Assembly (NCBI RefSeq): GCF_002105155.1
Contig: NW_019029010.1
Location: 310,001-374,000 of the forward strand
Length of the DNA stretch: 64,000 nt
Direction: 5' to 3'
Source: Lobosporangium transversale
Taxonomy: Eukaryota
Below the pieces are notes generated by a model. That model had not been told where the DNA came from, did not search any database, and worked only from the letters and a program-made list of their open reading frames with translations. Below, piece after piece: positions 1-12,006 of this stretch. Every line of letters begins with the position of its first letter. Within the stretch, counting starts at the first letter, position 1. Position numbers and translations under genes: made by a program.

Positions 1-97
1 GATGAACTTTCATGTCAACGTTGTAGCTTATTCCAAATCCACTTATCTTTTATACATGGCCGAGGCTACAAACCGTTTCTGGTGGTCCAGGTTCAAT

Positions 98-278
98 AAT
101 GGCGGTCTAATAAGAGACGATGGCGGTCATATGAAAAATAATGACCATGTAAAACATAGCGGCTGGACAAAAAATATGGCGACCGTATAAAGCACAGTTG
201 TTACTAGACAGAAAGCAATGGTGATCTAATCAAAACGACGGCGACCGTGTTAAACGGGGAAGTGACTAGACAAAAAGT
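98..278. repeat. Degenerate tandem repeat with ~19-22 nt units and some higher-order periodicity
   Basis: Recurring units aatggcggtctaataagagac / gatggcggtcatatgaaaa / atatggcgaccgtataaagc / aatggtgatctaatcaaaac / gacggcgaccgtgttaaac; actagaca recurs ~60 nt apart. Confidence 0.5.
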
Positions 279-761
279 GCTATATCGTACTGCGGCTTTT
301 TTTTTAAGACTTTCCCATCAGTCCTCTCAAATTTCAGGGCATTTCTTTGCCGCTTCCATTTAAAAATACAACCTACAACTAGAATATGTTCGTGACCAAA
401 TGACGAGGACAATACTTTTACATATTTAAATGCTTGCTTGCATTTTAAATAGACTTATGTTGGCACTCCAAATCTCTATTATATAAGTACCAACGACGGC
501 AGTAAAAGCTTATGGAACATTGTTACTGTGCCTTTCGCCGTTTGTGCAGTAATAGCTACTTACCAATAATGCCTGGGGTAGAAGGAAAATCTTTCTCCCA
601 TGATTCTGAGTATCCTTGTAACCACAACAACAACAATGATAATGATGATAATAATATACACCTGGAGATCAAGTTGGCATGAATAATAACAGGCAATAGC
701 AGCTTTGAGTAGTGACACTAAAGGTTGTCAAATACAAAAAGAAAAAAAAATTGAGGGCTAC

Positions 762-762
<1 letters not shown>

Positions 763-801
<39 letters not shown>
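763..801. repeat. (ATT)n microsatellite
   Basis: About 13 consecutive ATT units. Confidence 0.95.
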
Positions 802-1649
802 TCAAACGGTACTGACATTAAAGAGGACAACGAGTCGAACGTTGGCCGGCGGGGGAGTGCGGAATGGATGGCGCTGTCCGTAATGAAAAAACTCTTTAGT
901 GGAGTAAAAAGAGCATAGATCCATTGCCATAAAAAATCTTATAGCGCAAGCTCCAACCCAGCAAAGGTCTATCTTACGTAGCGACTGGTGCCTCTAACAT
1001 AGGGGTTAGTAAGGCCTTATATCAGTCACTAGACGACACCAAAGATCAGCTGAAAATAATAGGCCACATTCCTGAGTAGTGTTTAAGAGTAATCCTTCTT
1101 GCTTTTTAGGGTGACGCATGATGCTTCCTTCCATTCAGCGCTCCGGAGTATCTTGAAGCAGGGGTGTGAATGGTGGATATGCCTCTTTGTTCAAATGCCT
1201 TAGTAATTTTATGTTCTTTTACATTATATTGTGTATTGTTCTACAATTTGTACATGTACACTTGAGTGCGTTCTAACGATGTTGCGTTTATTCTCGATTC
1301 CCATTTACGTTTTTACTCCCTTTGTATTGGTTTGTGGAGGAAAGCACAATACTTCAAGGAAGAGTGACATTTCAAGACTTGGATGTTGCGCAGCACGCAA
1401 GATCACAGATTTACGCCGCATTTATGAGGGGTGTGGTTGATAAAGCCGCCCTGGCCATCCTAGCAGATGATCCGGTCTCCCTTGTAAGCTTTACTAGGTA
1501 CGAGTGGCGCGAGGGATCAACATGGTTATCAGTCTTAAACGCCAATCGATAAAATCAATCACAAAAAAAAAAAAAAAAAAAAAAAAAAAACACGGCGTGT
1601 TCATTACAATGGCAAATAAAACATTTTAGGGAACAGCTCCAGGGATACG

Positions 1650-1657
1650 TATAAATA
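1650..1657 (+). promoter_or_regulatory. Putative TATA box of the chitin deacetylase gene
   Basis: TATAAATA ~85 nt upstream of ATG 1738, preceded by a long poly(A) tract (1563-1590) and followed by a CT-rich leader. Confidence 0.5.
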
Positions 1658-1737
1658 CTCGAGGATATCCATTCCCTCTTACTTCCCAAATCTTCCACGC
1701 GTATTCTTCCTGCTTAACAGCTTAACCTCTACTAGCC

Positions 1738-3003
1738 ATGCTGCTATTAAAAACATTTTCACTCTCCTTGTTAGCGCTTTCAGCTGTGTATGCTGAAGCT
1801 CAAGCAATCTCAGGCTACCCTCCTATTGATCAGGTCCCAGACATCAACTCACCCGAGGTTCAGGCGTGGTTAAAGGTAAGAATTACATATAAATTTTTTT
1901 GGAGTGTTCTATTTCAATTCAGTCGAGCTTGAAAAAATATGACAAAACTTTTATTTCAGTACCTGGTTGGTTCCTCAGCCAACAAAAAAAAAAAAAAAAA
2001 AAAAAAAAAATACTTTATTTGAAATAGGGAATTGCTCAATTCAATTAGTAATCTGTTCTATTTCCCTTTTCAGTACATTTTGCCCAAATCTGTCATGAAA
2101 GTATTGTTCCTCTAAAATTAATTCGCAATGTCTAAATTATAGGAGATCGATCTTTCTCGAGCCCCAAAGATCCCTCTGGGAGAAGGAGATCCCCCTCTCT
2201 GTCCACCCACTTTCCCTGGCGCGTAAGTCCTAAAAACATCGCTACAATACCTGTCTATGCTAATTTTTTGTATTCCTTCGCACTTATACTCGATATTATT
2301 CCATATACTACCAAAAAGATGTAACTGGATTTGTGACCAATGTCCTGCAAATGACCTCATTTCCTGCCGTTCTCGTAACACATGGGCTATAACCTTTGAC
2401 GATGGCCCACACGAGATTACTCCTACGTTGCTTGACTATCTGAAGAAGGAGAAAATTTCTGCTTCATTTTTCCTGGTTGGTAGCCATGTGATACAGCGTC
2501 CGGACACTGTCAAGCGCCAAATCGCAGAGGGCCATCATATCGCATCTCACACTTGGTCCCATAAAGGCTTGACCACACTGACCAACGAGCAGATCGTGGC
2601 CGAAATAAAATGGACCGAAAAATTGATCCTGGAGCTCACAGGTCGGAGACTCAAGTACGTACGTCCACCCTACGGTGATATCAACAACCGTGTCCGCTTC
2701 GTGCTCAGGAAGCTAGGCTATATCGTCGTTGACTGGAGCGGAGATGATTTCGGCACTGACGACTGGAAGCTGCCAGACGGTATTACCGAGACCGAGATCG
2801 TTGAAAAGTTCGCCAGGAGCCTTGATAAATACGTCGCAGGCAATAGGGCCAGAGGCATCATCTCTCTCGAGCATGACTACGACATCCATATGTATAACCT
2901 TGCCCGCAAATTAGTTCCTTTAGGCCGAGCACGCAACATCACTATTACCTCTGTTGCTGGCTGCCAGAGAGATCGCTATCCATACCAGAGAGTGTTCCGT
3001 TAA
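1738..3003 (+). CDS. Secreted chitin deacetylase (CE4/NodB polysaccharide deacetylase); exons 1738-1875, 2143-2222, 2319-3003
   Basis: Signal peptide MLLLKTFSLSLLALSAVYA; all five CE4 motifs (TFDDGP, HTWSH, RPPYG, DDW, LEHD); GT-AG introns keep the frame. Confidence 0.92.
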
Positions 3004-3369
3004 TGACAGCCTCTAAAGCGCCCAGGTTCGTACTACCGCCGTAACTAATGGTTGCTATTGGTTTCCTGCATAAACATCTTAAAGATCGATCGATAACCAA
3101 TGTCTTGTGTTACAACTTGACGCCGTAGGAGTAGGAGAGACGCAAGTAACATGTGTTCGAACAGCATGATATATTTATTTATACCAAATATCATTGCAAT
3201 AAAAAATGAAAGTAAAAAATAGATTGCCTTTGACTTTGTGTTCAGAAACTGGTTACTGATAACAAACATCAAGAAGAAAGAGATAATTTTGAATGGTTCA
3301 CGATATCCGACTCAATTACATTATTTCATGGACACCTAAAACTATTAAGGGAACGGCCCATGCTGCTTC

Positions 3370-3400
<31 letters not shown>

Positions 3401-5034
3401 GCAAAGCATTGCTGTTTGAACTGTAATACTGTGGAGTTTGGCAACTGTGCTAGGGGTTCCCTCTGCTTCATAGGGTCCAACAGGCCTGACTTTCAACTTG
3501 ATGGAATATGCTCAGGCATATCATGAATGAAATAGGAAAAAAAAAAAGGATAGTTCATTTAGAAAATATATAAGAGTGCATATTACAACTTAAAGGACCA
3601 GTCAACCAGACTAGATGGAATTTAGGATGCAGGGTTCTGCTTCTCCACTTTTTTCTTCTTCCCTCCAGCTGAGTGGTGGTTCTTGGCTCGTGGCGCATTA
3701 AAGTACTTGCCTTTTTTTTTTTTTTTTTTTTTACTCGACAGAAAGAGAGCAGGTCATGTGCATCAACCCCCCAAACATAATAGGTTAAAAAAAGAAACAA
3801 AAAGCTCCTCCTCTCACTGTAGTATATCATGAAGACAACCTAAAATGATCCTGTCAAAAGGGTGCAGTATATAAAGCACAGACAAGCGTATAAGGAGTTG
3901 CAGAGTAAAGATGATGCATAATGGTTGCTGGAGGGTTTTTGGTAAACTCAGATTAGGATGGTGCACAAATTCCTGTTGGTGGTATCTTCATCGATCTAGG
4001 GAGTAGCTACTGCGATGCCGGTGGCAATGTCGGCCTCCTTAGTACTGGTAGATGCAAGGCAAGTTACCGGTTTGAGGCGGAATAGAGCTTGGAGCGGGCT
4101 CAGGAGAATGATGGCCTCATTTGTCGCTACTTCCGGGTGAAGCACGAAGAGCGAGCGAGGAACCGTCTGAGATTGGAGTACAGAATGTAGGAGGCAGAAC
4201 CTAGAACATAGGATGCTGGACTTTGGGTGCGGTCGCTGTGCTTGAATGGAGAAACAAGAACGTGTTATTGGAGCCGTGCGTATTTTATAAGGGTCACCAG
4301 GCTAGCGCCATGGCGTCGATGCGTCATTCTATGCCCAGGATCGGCCATCTTTATTCGAACCGTAATACCAAAGTCTCTCTCTTTTTTTTTTTTTTTTTTT
4401 TTTTTCCACTTACTAAACGAGATAGTTGCACATGTACATCGTGTAATAGAGATTTAAAGGAACGGATACGACAGGCTTTTGGATCTTGAGGCCAATTATG
4501 GGAGTAGATAAAATGTTCTTTGACTTTAGTTAAGAATATGGAGATAAACTTCCACTAAAGCTGCGCAAGCTAATAGACAAAATATGTGAATTGTATTTAT
4601 CTATGGAAAAACGAAAAAGAATCGGCACAACCCCACAAGACAAGGCAGAGGTAGTTCAACGAGATGGACAAGCGGAATTAGCAGGCGGTTTTTATACTCA
4701 TACAGCCATGGTCCGAAGCATGTTCCAGTTACAGTTAAATATTCTGAATTGCTTGGTGGAGGCAGATCAGGGTTTACGGCACGTGATCGCTGCTGAGCTC
4801 CCCTTAACTGCATTTGTTTCTGTTCCTTTAACTCCGTCCCTTTTTTATGCCAGAGACAGAACAATCTCCATCAATAATTTTTTGCATTACAACCATCACA
4901 TTCCACTGCATCACTGCAAAAAACTAAACGAATAACAAAGAGCACCCCTCAATTCCGTCCTCTTCCTATCCTATCAGACTATCAATTATACCTGCAGCAT
5001 ACAACATAAACCTAACCGACTAACGATTATAGCC

Positions 5035-6592
5035 ATGGCTACAAAGGGTGCTTACAAACGACTCACCAAGGAGTACATTAACATCCAAAAGAGCCCACCA
5101 GCCTACATCTACGCAAGACCACTTGAATCGAACATTCTGGAATGGTAATTATAATTATAACAATATCTTTTTTGTATTCACATGATCGCTACAGCGAGAG
5201 TGCTTTTGCTCGTTTCCTCCACTCCACAGCTCTATTTTTTTTTTTTTTTTTTTTTTTTGAAAGGTTTCACTAGTTGATCATTCCTCGGAATAAAGTCTAA
5301 TGTCTTTTATATATATATATTTTTATTCTCCTAGGCACTATGTACTCAAAGGACCACCAGATACGCCTTACTATGGAGGCGAATACCACGGTATGCAAAC
5401 TTCGCCCATTGGAAACTACATGCATCACTTGAGCTTAAGATGACACCAATGAAGTAATCCACCTTTTTCGTCTTCCTCAGTCGCACAGCCTTCTCACTGC
5501 GGTATTTTCATCGCTTATACACAAACCCAAAGAGATGATAACCTATGCAATACCTTGAATATCACTGAAAACACTCATGCCTCACACCCCTACTTTTCGT
5601 TTTATCTCAGCGTACGGGCACCAATGATTCGATATTTTAATTTTCTTTTTCTTTTTTTTTACTAATTTTGCCCAAACAGGAAAGTTGATATTTCCATCGG
5701 ATTATCCATTCAAGCCTCCATCAATTAGGATGACTACACCAAATGGGCGATTTCAAGTTGATACCCGCCTTTGTCTTAGCATGTCAGATTTCCATCCTGC
5801 AACCTGGAACCCAAGTTGGAGTGTGGCTACTATATTAAATGGGCTGTTAAGTTTTATGGTATGCGCTCATGAAAGAATGTTTCATTTATTTTACTTTGCG
5901 TCATTCGAAATAATAGATATTAAATTAACTCATTTTTACCACTCTTGTTTGTCCCCATTCCAATTTGTGCATTCCTCATGGAAATGATAAATATCAACAG
6001 TCGCAAGACGAGGCTACTACAGGAAGTATTGTTACCTCAAATTATGAAAAGACAGAGTTAGCACGCCGTTCTCATGCATTTAATATCTCCAATCCAAAGT
6101 TTAAAGGTAAGGATGGGCGGATTTAATATAATGTGAAGCAAGGACTGTCAATGTTCAACACGAAAATATAACCAACATAGATGTTGTTCTATGTCATTTA
6201 TAGAGATCTTCCCCGAGCTTGTAGCAATACAGCAGGTACCATTACATATAGCTTTTCCTAATGCACCTGTCACAGAGGCGCCGCCAGTTCGAGTAACCAC
6301 GACTCCGCACCAAGGGATTATTCAAAGAAAATCAGCCACAGGTGCTCAGCGTGCAGTCATGGTTGGAACAGCGACACAGCAGGGCCAAGGAGTGGATGCA
6401 GTAGTAGCAACGGGAGCAACAGGAGCAGGAGGTAACTTGGCAGCAGATCGGGCTGCGCGGAGAGCGTCATTATTCTCAATGAGTCATTGGCACAAGTGGT
6501 TGGCATTCTTCCTTGTTTTTGCATATCTTATTATAGCCAAGACCATTACTCGTGCTACTGCATCGGCTTCGACTTCATCATCATCACTTTGA
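5035..6592 (+). CDS. UBC6: Tail-anchored ER ubiquitin-conjugating enzyme E2 (Ubc6/UBE2J2); exons 5035-5144, 5335-5390, 5680-5858, 6001-6106, 6204-6592
   Basis: [38 protein letters not shown]; catalytic [24 protein letters not shown]-terminal [15 protein letters not shown]. Confidence 0.95.
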
Positions 6593-6853
6593 AAGAGTAA
6601 TTCATCGATTTATGCTGACGATAAATTGTCTTTGATGGAAAAGAAGCCTCGGGTGTAGCAGGTAGTTCATACCCAGTCTTTTATTGAAGAGAAAAGGAAA
6701 ACCCGTGTTTTCTTTTTTTTTTTTTTTTTTTTTTCTTGAGGAGAACCTTTTTTTATTTTATTTTGTTTTTTTCAGGCAACATAATAAAGGAAAAAATAAT
6801 AATGAATATTATTCATTTTTGGACTTTCTTGAAAAAAGTTATTTCCATTAACT

Positions 6854-7501
6854 CTAATCACTGTCAGCATCATCCGAATTGTCGTCAGCCCAAATTGGCC
6901 TTCCTTCTATTGCCTCAATTTTTTCTCTCTGTTGCTTTCCACGTGCAATATTAGCCATCTTGACTTGTGGAGATACGCCAACATTCTCATAATTATACGG
7001 ACAATGACGACAGGCATTTCCGCAGCAATAGCCTCTCCGTCGATGAAGGAGTTCTGTCATGACAGTGTACCCAGTTTTCGGATCGATGTATTTTTTACGG
7101 TTGGCCTATCGAGTGTTACGAGAGTAAGGATATGCCATTTGTATTTTCATAAGATTAATCAGATCGACAGATCAAGAAAGAAAAAGTACCTCACAGGCCT
7201 GTCTATGGATCTCTTGCCACTTCTCTTTTTCGAGCTCTGCTTGCGTCTTTACTGGATGCGTCTGTGGTATCTGTGGTATCTGTGGTATCTGTGATGTCTG
7301 TGATAATGATCTCGAGTCCTGCTTCCGACTTGGCTTAGGAACAACGGAAGTATGGATCTTGACCTGACCATTTCCATCTGTTTGATCCATAAGGGTATCT
7401 GTGCTGTTGTTACTACTGCTGTTATTATCTGTAACAAAAAAATCCTGCGTAGGAGAAATAGGAGAAGATGGATCCTCCTCGTTGAAGTAATGAGATGTCA
7501 T
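6854..7501 (-). CDS. DUF5522-family Cys-rich protein (C1orf53-like); exons 7501-7190, 7105-6854
   Basis: Spliced product WQEIHRQACE|ANRKKYIDPKTGYTVMTELLHRRRGYCCGNACRHCPY matches the family signature; disordered N-terminus with QIP repeats. Confidence 0.85.
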
Positions 7502-8058
7502 GCTGTTGAGTGATCTGAATGGAGTGAACAGTGACGGAATGATGTGTTTAGAAGAAACAGACGAAATGTGGATAGAATAAGAAAGAAAAGGGCATGTTAT
7601 CATGTTATCAGTAAGAAGAGAGAATTTGATCGTTGTAGGGCGAGGAAGTGAGGCGGGAAGAAAAGGACAAAGGATCCTGTCGTGGAAGTTTGTACAGGAC
7701 AAGCTTCCGAGAGCAGTTGGGTGTGATCAATTTTAAATTGAATTCGCTTTGGATCCAAAGTCTCTTAGTTTTGCTTTGCGCTGGCCCCCTGATTTCTTCC
7801 TCTACTTTGTAGATTATAAAAACTTGTCAACACCATCATGTTTTTTCCCCCTGAAATCCAACATACTTGTGACAACAGACAGGTTATGGAAGTTCAAAGA
7901 TGGTGCTAACCTCTTCGGCCTTAATGAATGCCTTAAAATATGTATATCGTATTCAACATGTAATGAAGTTAAAAAAGTCTTTTGTGACGTAAATCACGAC
8001 GATTTAAAACTTTTTTTTTTTTACAACTTATTCTTCTTTACTTTTCTTTGTTTCCACC

Positions 8059-9567
8059 ATGATGTTACTCACCCCTACTTACACTTCTTCTACGATCTCT
8101 TTTGTATCATTCAATCCTCTTACTATCGCTCTATCGCTCTTATTTTTCGCGTTCATTTCCATTGTGCACTGTGATAACAATGCAGTAGGAGCTCGTCCAC
8201 TTTTACATCACCCTCCTGTTCTCACATATTCAAATGCAGCTTTGCCTACACAGAAGCTATATCATCCCACAAGCTGTGTTCTCCACAAGTCAGGCGTCTA
8301 CTTGGTCGTAACATCCATTGGACAGGGCTTTCCTCGAGTTCAATTCACCTGTACAGAAACACATCATCCTCATCCTACTCCAGATGTACAGCAAACATAT
8401 CCACCTTCACAGACATTCGAGGCTGCCCTTACGACTTGTTCATATTCTTCTTGTCCTTATGAACACCATTTGCAGCATCTGGAGCATACTACAAAGAAGC
8501 AGTCGCAAGGTCTAACAAAACCACAGAATTGTGTCCAGGATCCTGCGGATCCTACGCCGGCACAAAGTCCAATGGCACTTCACAGAGTTTATGAAGGACA
8601 GCCTGGAGAGGATGGCAAATATTCGACATGTTACACAGATCACATTACTTCGACAGACACAGCTTTGCATTCGTTCGGCAGCATCAAACCATCTTGGGTT
8701 GAAGGACTTGGAAAATATGGATATGATGTTTTCCAGGATGAATTCATCTTTAGCCCACGTGAGCGGGCATCTGAGAACACGGAAACACACTCCATGACAC
8801 AGACCTACAGTGATCATGAGACCAATACCTTTGGTAATATTCAAGATAAATCCTCGATCCGCACAGTAAGCAGCGTGAACAACAATGGCAATAACAACAA
8901 TAGCGTAAACAACAAAAAAACAGAGAGCAGTAACAACTTGATGCATGGCCAACAAAAGTATGAGCATGTGGATCAAAAAAAGAAATATGCAGGGTTTGTT
9001 TCATCTGTTTCAGACAACTCTCACTCAGTGACAAGACCAGAAACTATCCCAACCTTGGCTGCACCAACATCAACACCTAACACGCACGGAGTGACTGAAG
9101 AAAACTCAGGCGCATGGTTTGAAAAACTTAAAGCCTCGTTAACGTGGAAGACGGAAAAGCAAAAAATAGGTCCGGCCTCGCCGACACCAGAACCCCTTCC
9201 TTTGCCCGGCAGCGCACAGACCTCAAGATCTGCACCGCCGTTAAAGGACCTCCATAAAAAAGATTGTTTGAATCCTGCTTTGTGCCAGCATAGTCAGGAT
9301 CATTACGATCATGGCCACAAGAACAAAGGGATGAAGCACCGCGCCACAACGTTAATCATTGAAACTGAGACTATCATTGTGCACTCACATCCTACACAAG
9401 CACCAACTTTTAAGAAGAGTCACGAAACGAATGAGCAAGTGGGTTTTTATCCAGGTAGTCATGTCATGTTTGATGCGGGAATGGAGGGTGATGTGGTAAT
9501 GTCGATGGTTGCTCAAGAGCATTATCATCCATCTCCCTCACCTCGACATCATAAGAAAAAGAAGTAA
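8059..9567 (+). CDS. Uncharacterised secreted or membrane-anchored protein rich in His/Thr/Ser
   Basis: 502-codon intronless ORF; hydrophobic N-terminal segment IALSLLFFAFISIVHC; scattered Cys; no domain recognised. Confidence 0.7.
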   Translation: MMLLTPTYTSSTISFVSFNPLTIALSLLFFAFISIVHCDNNAVGARPLLHHPPVLTYSNAALPTQKLYHPTSCVLHKSGVYLVVTSIGQGFPRVQFTCTETHHPHPTPDVQQTYPPSQTFEAALTTCSYSSCPYEHHLQHLEHTTKKQSQGLTKPQNCVQDPADPTPAQSPMALHRVYEGQPGEDGKYSTCYTDHITSTDTALHSFGSIKPSWVEGLGKYGYDVFQDEFIFSPRERASENTETHSMTQTYSDHETNTFGNIQDKSSIRTVSSVNNNGNNNNSVNNKKTESSNNLMHGQQKYEHVDQKKKYAGFVSSVSDNSHSVTRPETIPTLAAPTSTPNTHGVTEENSGAWFEKLKASLTWKTEKQKIGPASPTPEPLPLPGSAQTSRSAPPLKDLHKKDCLNPALCQHSQDHYDHGHKNKGMKHRATTLIIETETIIVHSHPTQAPTFKKSHETNEQVGFYPGSHVMFDAGMEGDVVMSMVAQEHYHPSPSPRHHKKKK

Positions 9568-9832
9568 ACATTATGTACAATAAAGAAGTAACTCTTAATG
9601 ATTGGCGGTCAATGTGGAAAAAAAAAAAAAAAAGCTTGTCAATGTGACGTTAGATGGTGACCAAACTTTTCTTTTCCTTAAAGTATATATTTATGTATAC
9701 CATTATTCGTTTTCCTTCTTTTCTTTTTTAATTTACTGTTTTACCTTTTTTCTGTCTTCCATCGATCTCCTTATTCACGTCGCCCCGTTTTCGATTATCA
9801 TTGCCAGCACGATAGGTCAACAGACAATCAGT

Positions 9833-11099
9833 ATGAATATAAATCGATACATTCCTGCAAAATATCGCCCGAACTTGAGTAAATACAAGTACTCGGGCGT
9901 GGACGAGTCTTTACTCTCGAAATACGTCCTTGGTCCATACTGGACCAAACTCGTGACATTCTTCCCCGTTACCATGGCGTATGTTTTATTCTTGTTCAAA
10001 TGGAGTAAATCATCACAAATGAGATTCGAACAAAATCAACAACTCTTTTATTTATTAATACAATTAACGTGTACTTTGGAAAATTTTTAGTCCCAATACG
10101 ATTACTGGTCTCGGATTTCTTTGTGTGGTTTTCAACGTTCTGACTATGTACTACTATGCGCCAGATATGACAGAAATTTGTCCATCATGGGCCTACTTCA
10201 GGTAAAAAAGTATACACAATCAAGGTATGAATATTGAGCAAAAGTTTTTCTGTGTTAATCACAACTTTTTTTTTTTTGGTCCTCGTTGAATCATAGCTTT
10301 GGTATTGGACTCTTTGTATACCAGTCGATGGATGCAATTGATGGAAAGCAGGCTAGAAGAACAGGAACTTCAGGACCCTTAGGAGAGCTTTTTGATCACG
10401 GTAAAAAAAAAATGCATGTGTCAAGCCTGCCAATTTTTTATTTTATTTTATTTTATTTTTTTATTTATTTTAATCATGATCACATCAAACAACAATTGAT
10501 GCAATGTTTTTCTCTTGTTTAATCTTTCTATACAGGCTGCGATGCACTGAATACTTCGGTAAGAAATGCTGAAGTAACCCGTGAGAGCAAAAGAAAGAAA
10601 AAAGAGTTTATAAACTGACAGTACTCTTTTTTATATGACGACATGTTTTTTATCTTTCTTGACCAGCTTGAGGTTATTTTGTTAGCCAATGCCATGCATC
10701 TAAGTCAGAGCTGGTGGACTGTTCTTTCTCACTTCTTGGGTTGGTACACCTGAATCAGATGAAACAATAAGGGATCTATCACTTTTTTCAATGAATTCTA
10801 AATGTCTCTATTTTGGATGGTGATAGCGCTTGGAAACTTTTACTTGAGCACGTGGGAAGAGTATCACACTGGAACTCTTTATTTGAGCGCGTTTTCAGGA
10901 CCTGTGGAAGGAATCATTATGATTGTGATCCTTTACCTCATTACTGGCTTCACTGGTCCAACTTTCTGGGTCCAGACTTACCGTCAGATGTTTGGCATAT
11001 CCTCCAAGTTTTTGCCCTTCATACCTGATATGCAGGTTAATCACATCTTGGTCGCTTTTGGAATTGTCACATTGACAGGAAACATTGTAACAGCGTAAG

Positions 11100-11146
<47 letters not shown>

Positions 11147-11565
11147 AAATTAAAGTGATGTTGGCACTGATAGACCGATTTTTTCCTCCCTTCTCTAGTA
11201 TGCAGCATGTGATCAAGGCACGCAGAGGCAAGAATTTGTCCGTCGCTCCTGCATTGGCTGGTGTGGCTCCGTTCCTGGGCATATCGGTTGTTGCTTATTT
11301 TTGGCTTAATGCTTCACCTCAGATCCTCAACCAGCATATTCTTCCCTGGATTTTATACACTGGTCTTTCCTTTGGATACACTGTCGGCCTCATGATTACA
11401 GCCCATGTAACTCACCAACCTTTTCCCATGTTCAATATCAGTTTTCTTCCCTTGATCGTCGGATCATTGAACGCTAATCTGCCTGCATTTGGGATGTAAG
11501 TTATATCTCTTTTTTTTTTTTTTTTTTTTTATTATATTACCGCCTCGGTACAGGCACATGATTAA

Positions 11566-11599
<34 letters not shown>

Positions 11600-11769
11600 G
11601 AACTAGGGAAAGAGTTTTTGGAGCTCATGTTGAAAACATTTATTTGTGGAGTTGCCTCGCTTTCTCCGCCGCTGCCTATGCTCACTTTGCAATCAATGTT
11701 GTCAACGACATCTGTGATTACTTTGATATTTGGTGCTTTACTATTAAGCACCCCAAGAAGGCAGAATAA
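9833..11769 (+). CDS. EPT1: Choline/ethanolamine phosphotransferase (EPT1/CPT1); exons 9833-9978, 10091-10201, 10297-10400, 10536-10558, 10667-10739, 10827-11094, 11199-11495, 11607-11769
   Basis: [24 protein letters not shown]-alcohol phosphotransferase motif [35 protein letters not shown]-terminal [14 protein letters not shown]. Confidence 0.93.
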
Positions 11770-11969
11770 AAATATAAATAATAAACAGAAAGATATTCAG
11801 CATCTATTCTCATCCCTGATCATTTTCCTTTGGTATTTTTTCCTTCTTTCTTTTATTTATTTATTCAAAATCAAACCATCTCCAGCATCATCTACTGTTG
11901 AGAATACAGCAACCGAATAAAGGGAAATAGAAATTTGATTCGTTTATCTAATTTCAATGACCATTCAAC

Positions 11970-12001
<32 letters not shown>

Positions 12002-12006
<5 letters not shown>

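Noticed and set aside
712..918. Short ORFs with poly-Ile, poly-Phe or poly-Lys runs (here and throughout the track)
   Set aside because: These are translations of microsatellites and homopolymer tracts in introns or intergenic DNA.
1322..1552. Protein-like ORF fragment (STILQGRVTFQDLDVAQHARSQ...) containing a GTAAGC donor-like site
   Set aside because: No ATG start, no partner exons and no family recognised; it might be a gene relic, but I cannot support that.
3900..4490. GC-richer stretch and short ORFs between the deacetylase and UBC6
   Set aside because: No coherent spliced frame or recognisable motif on either strand.
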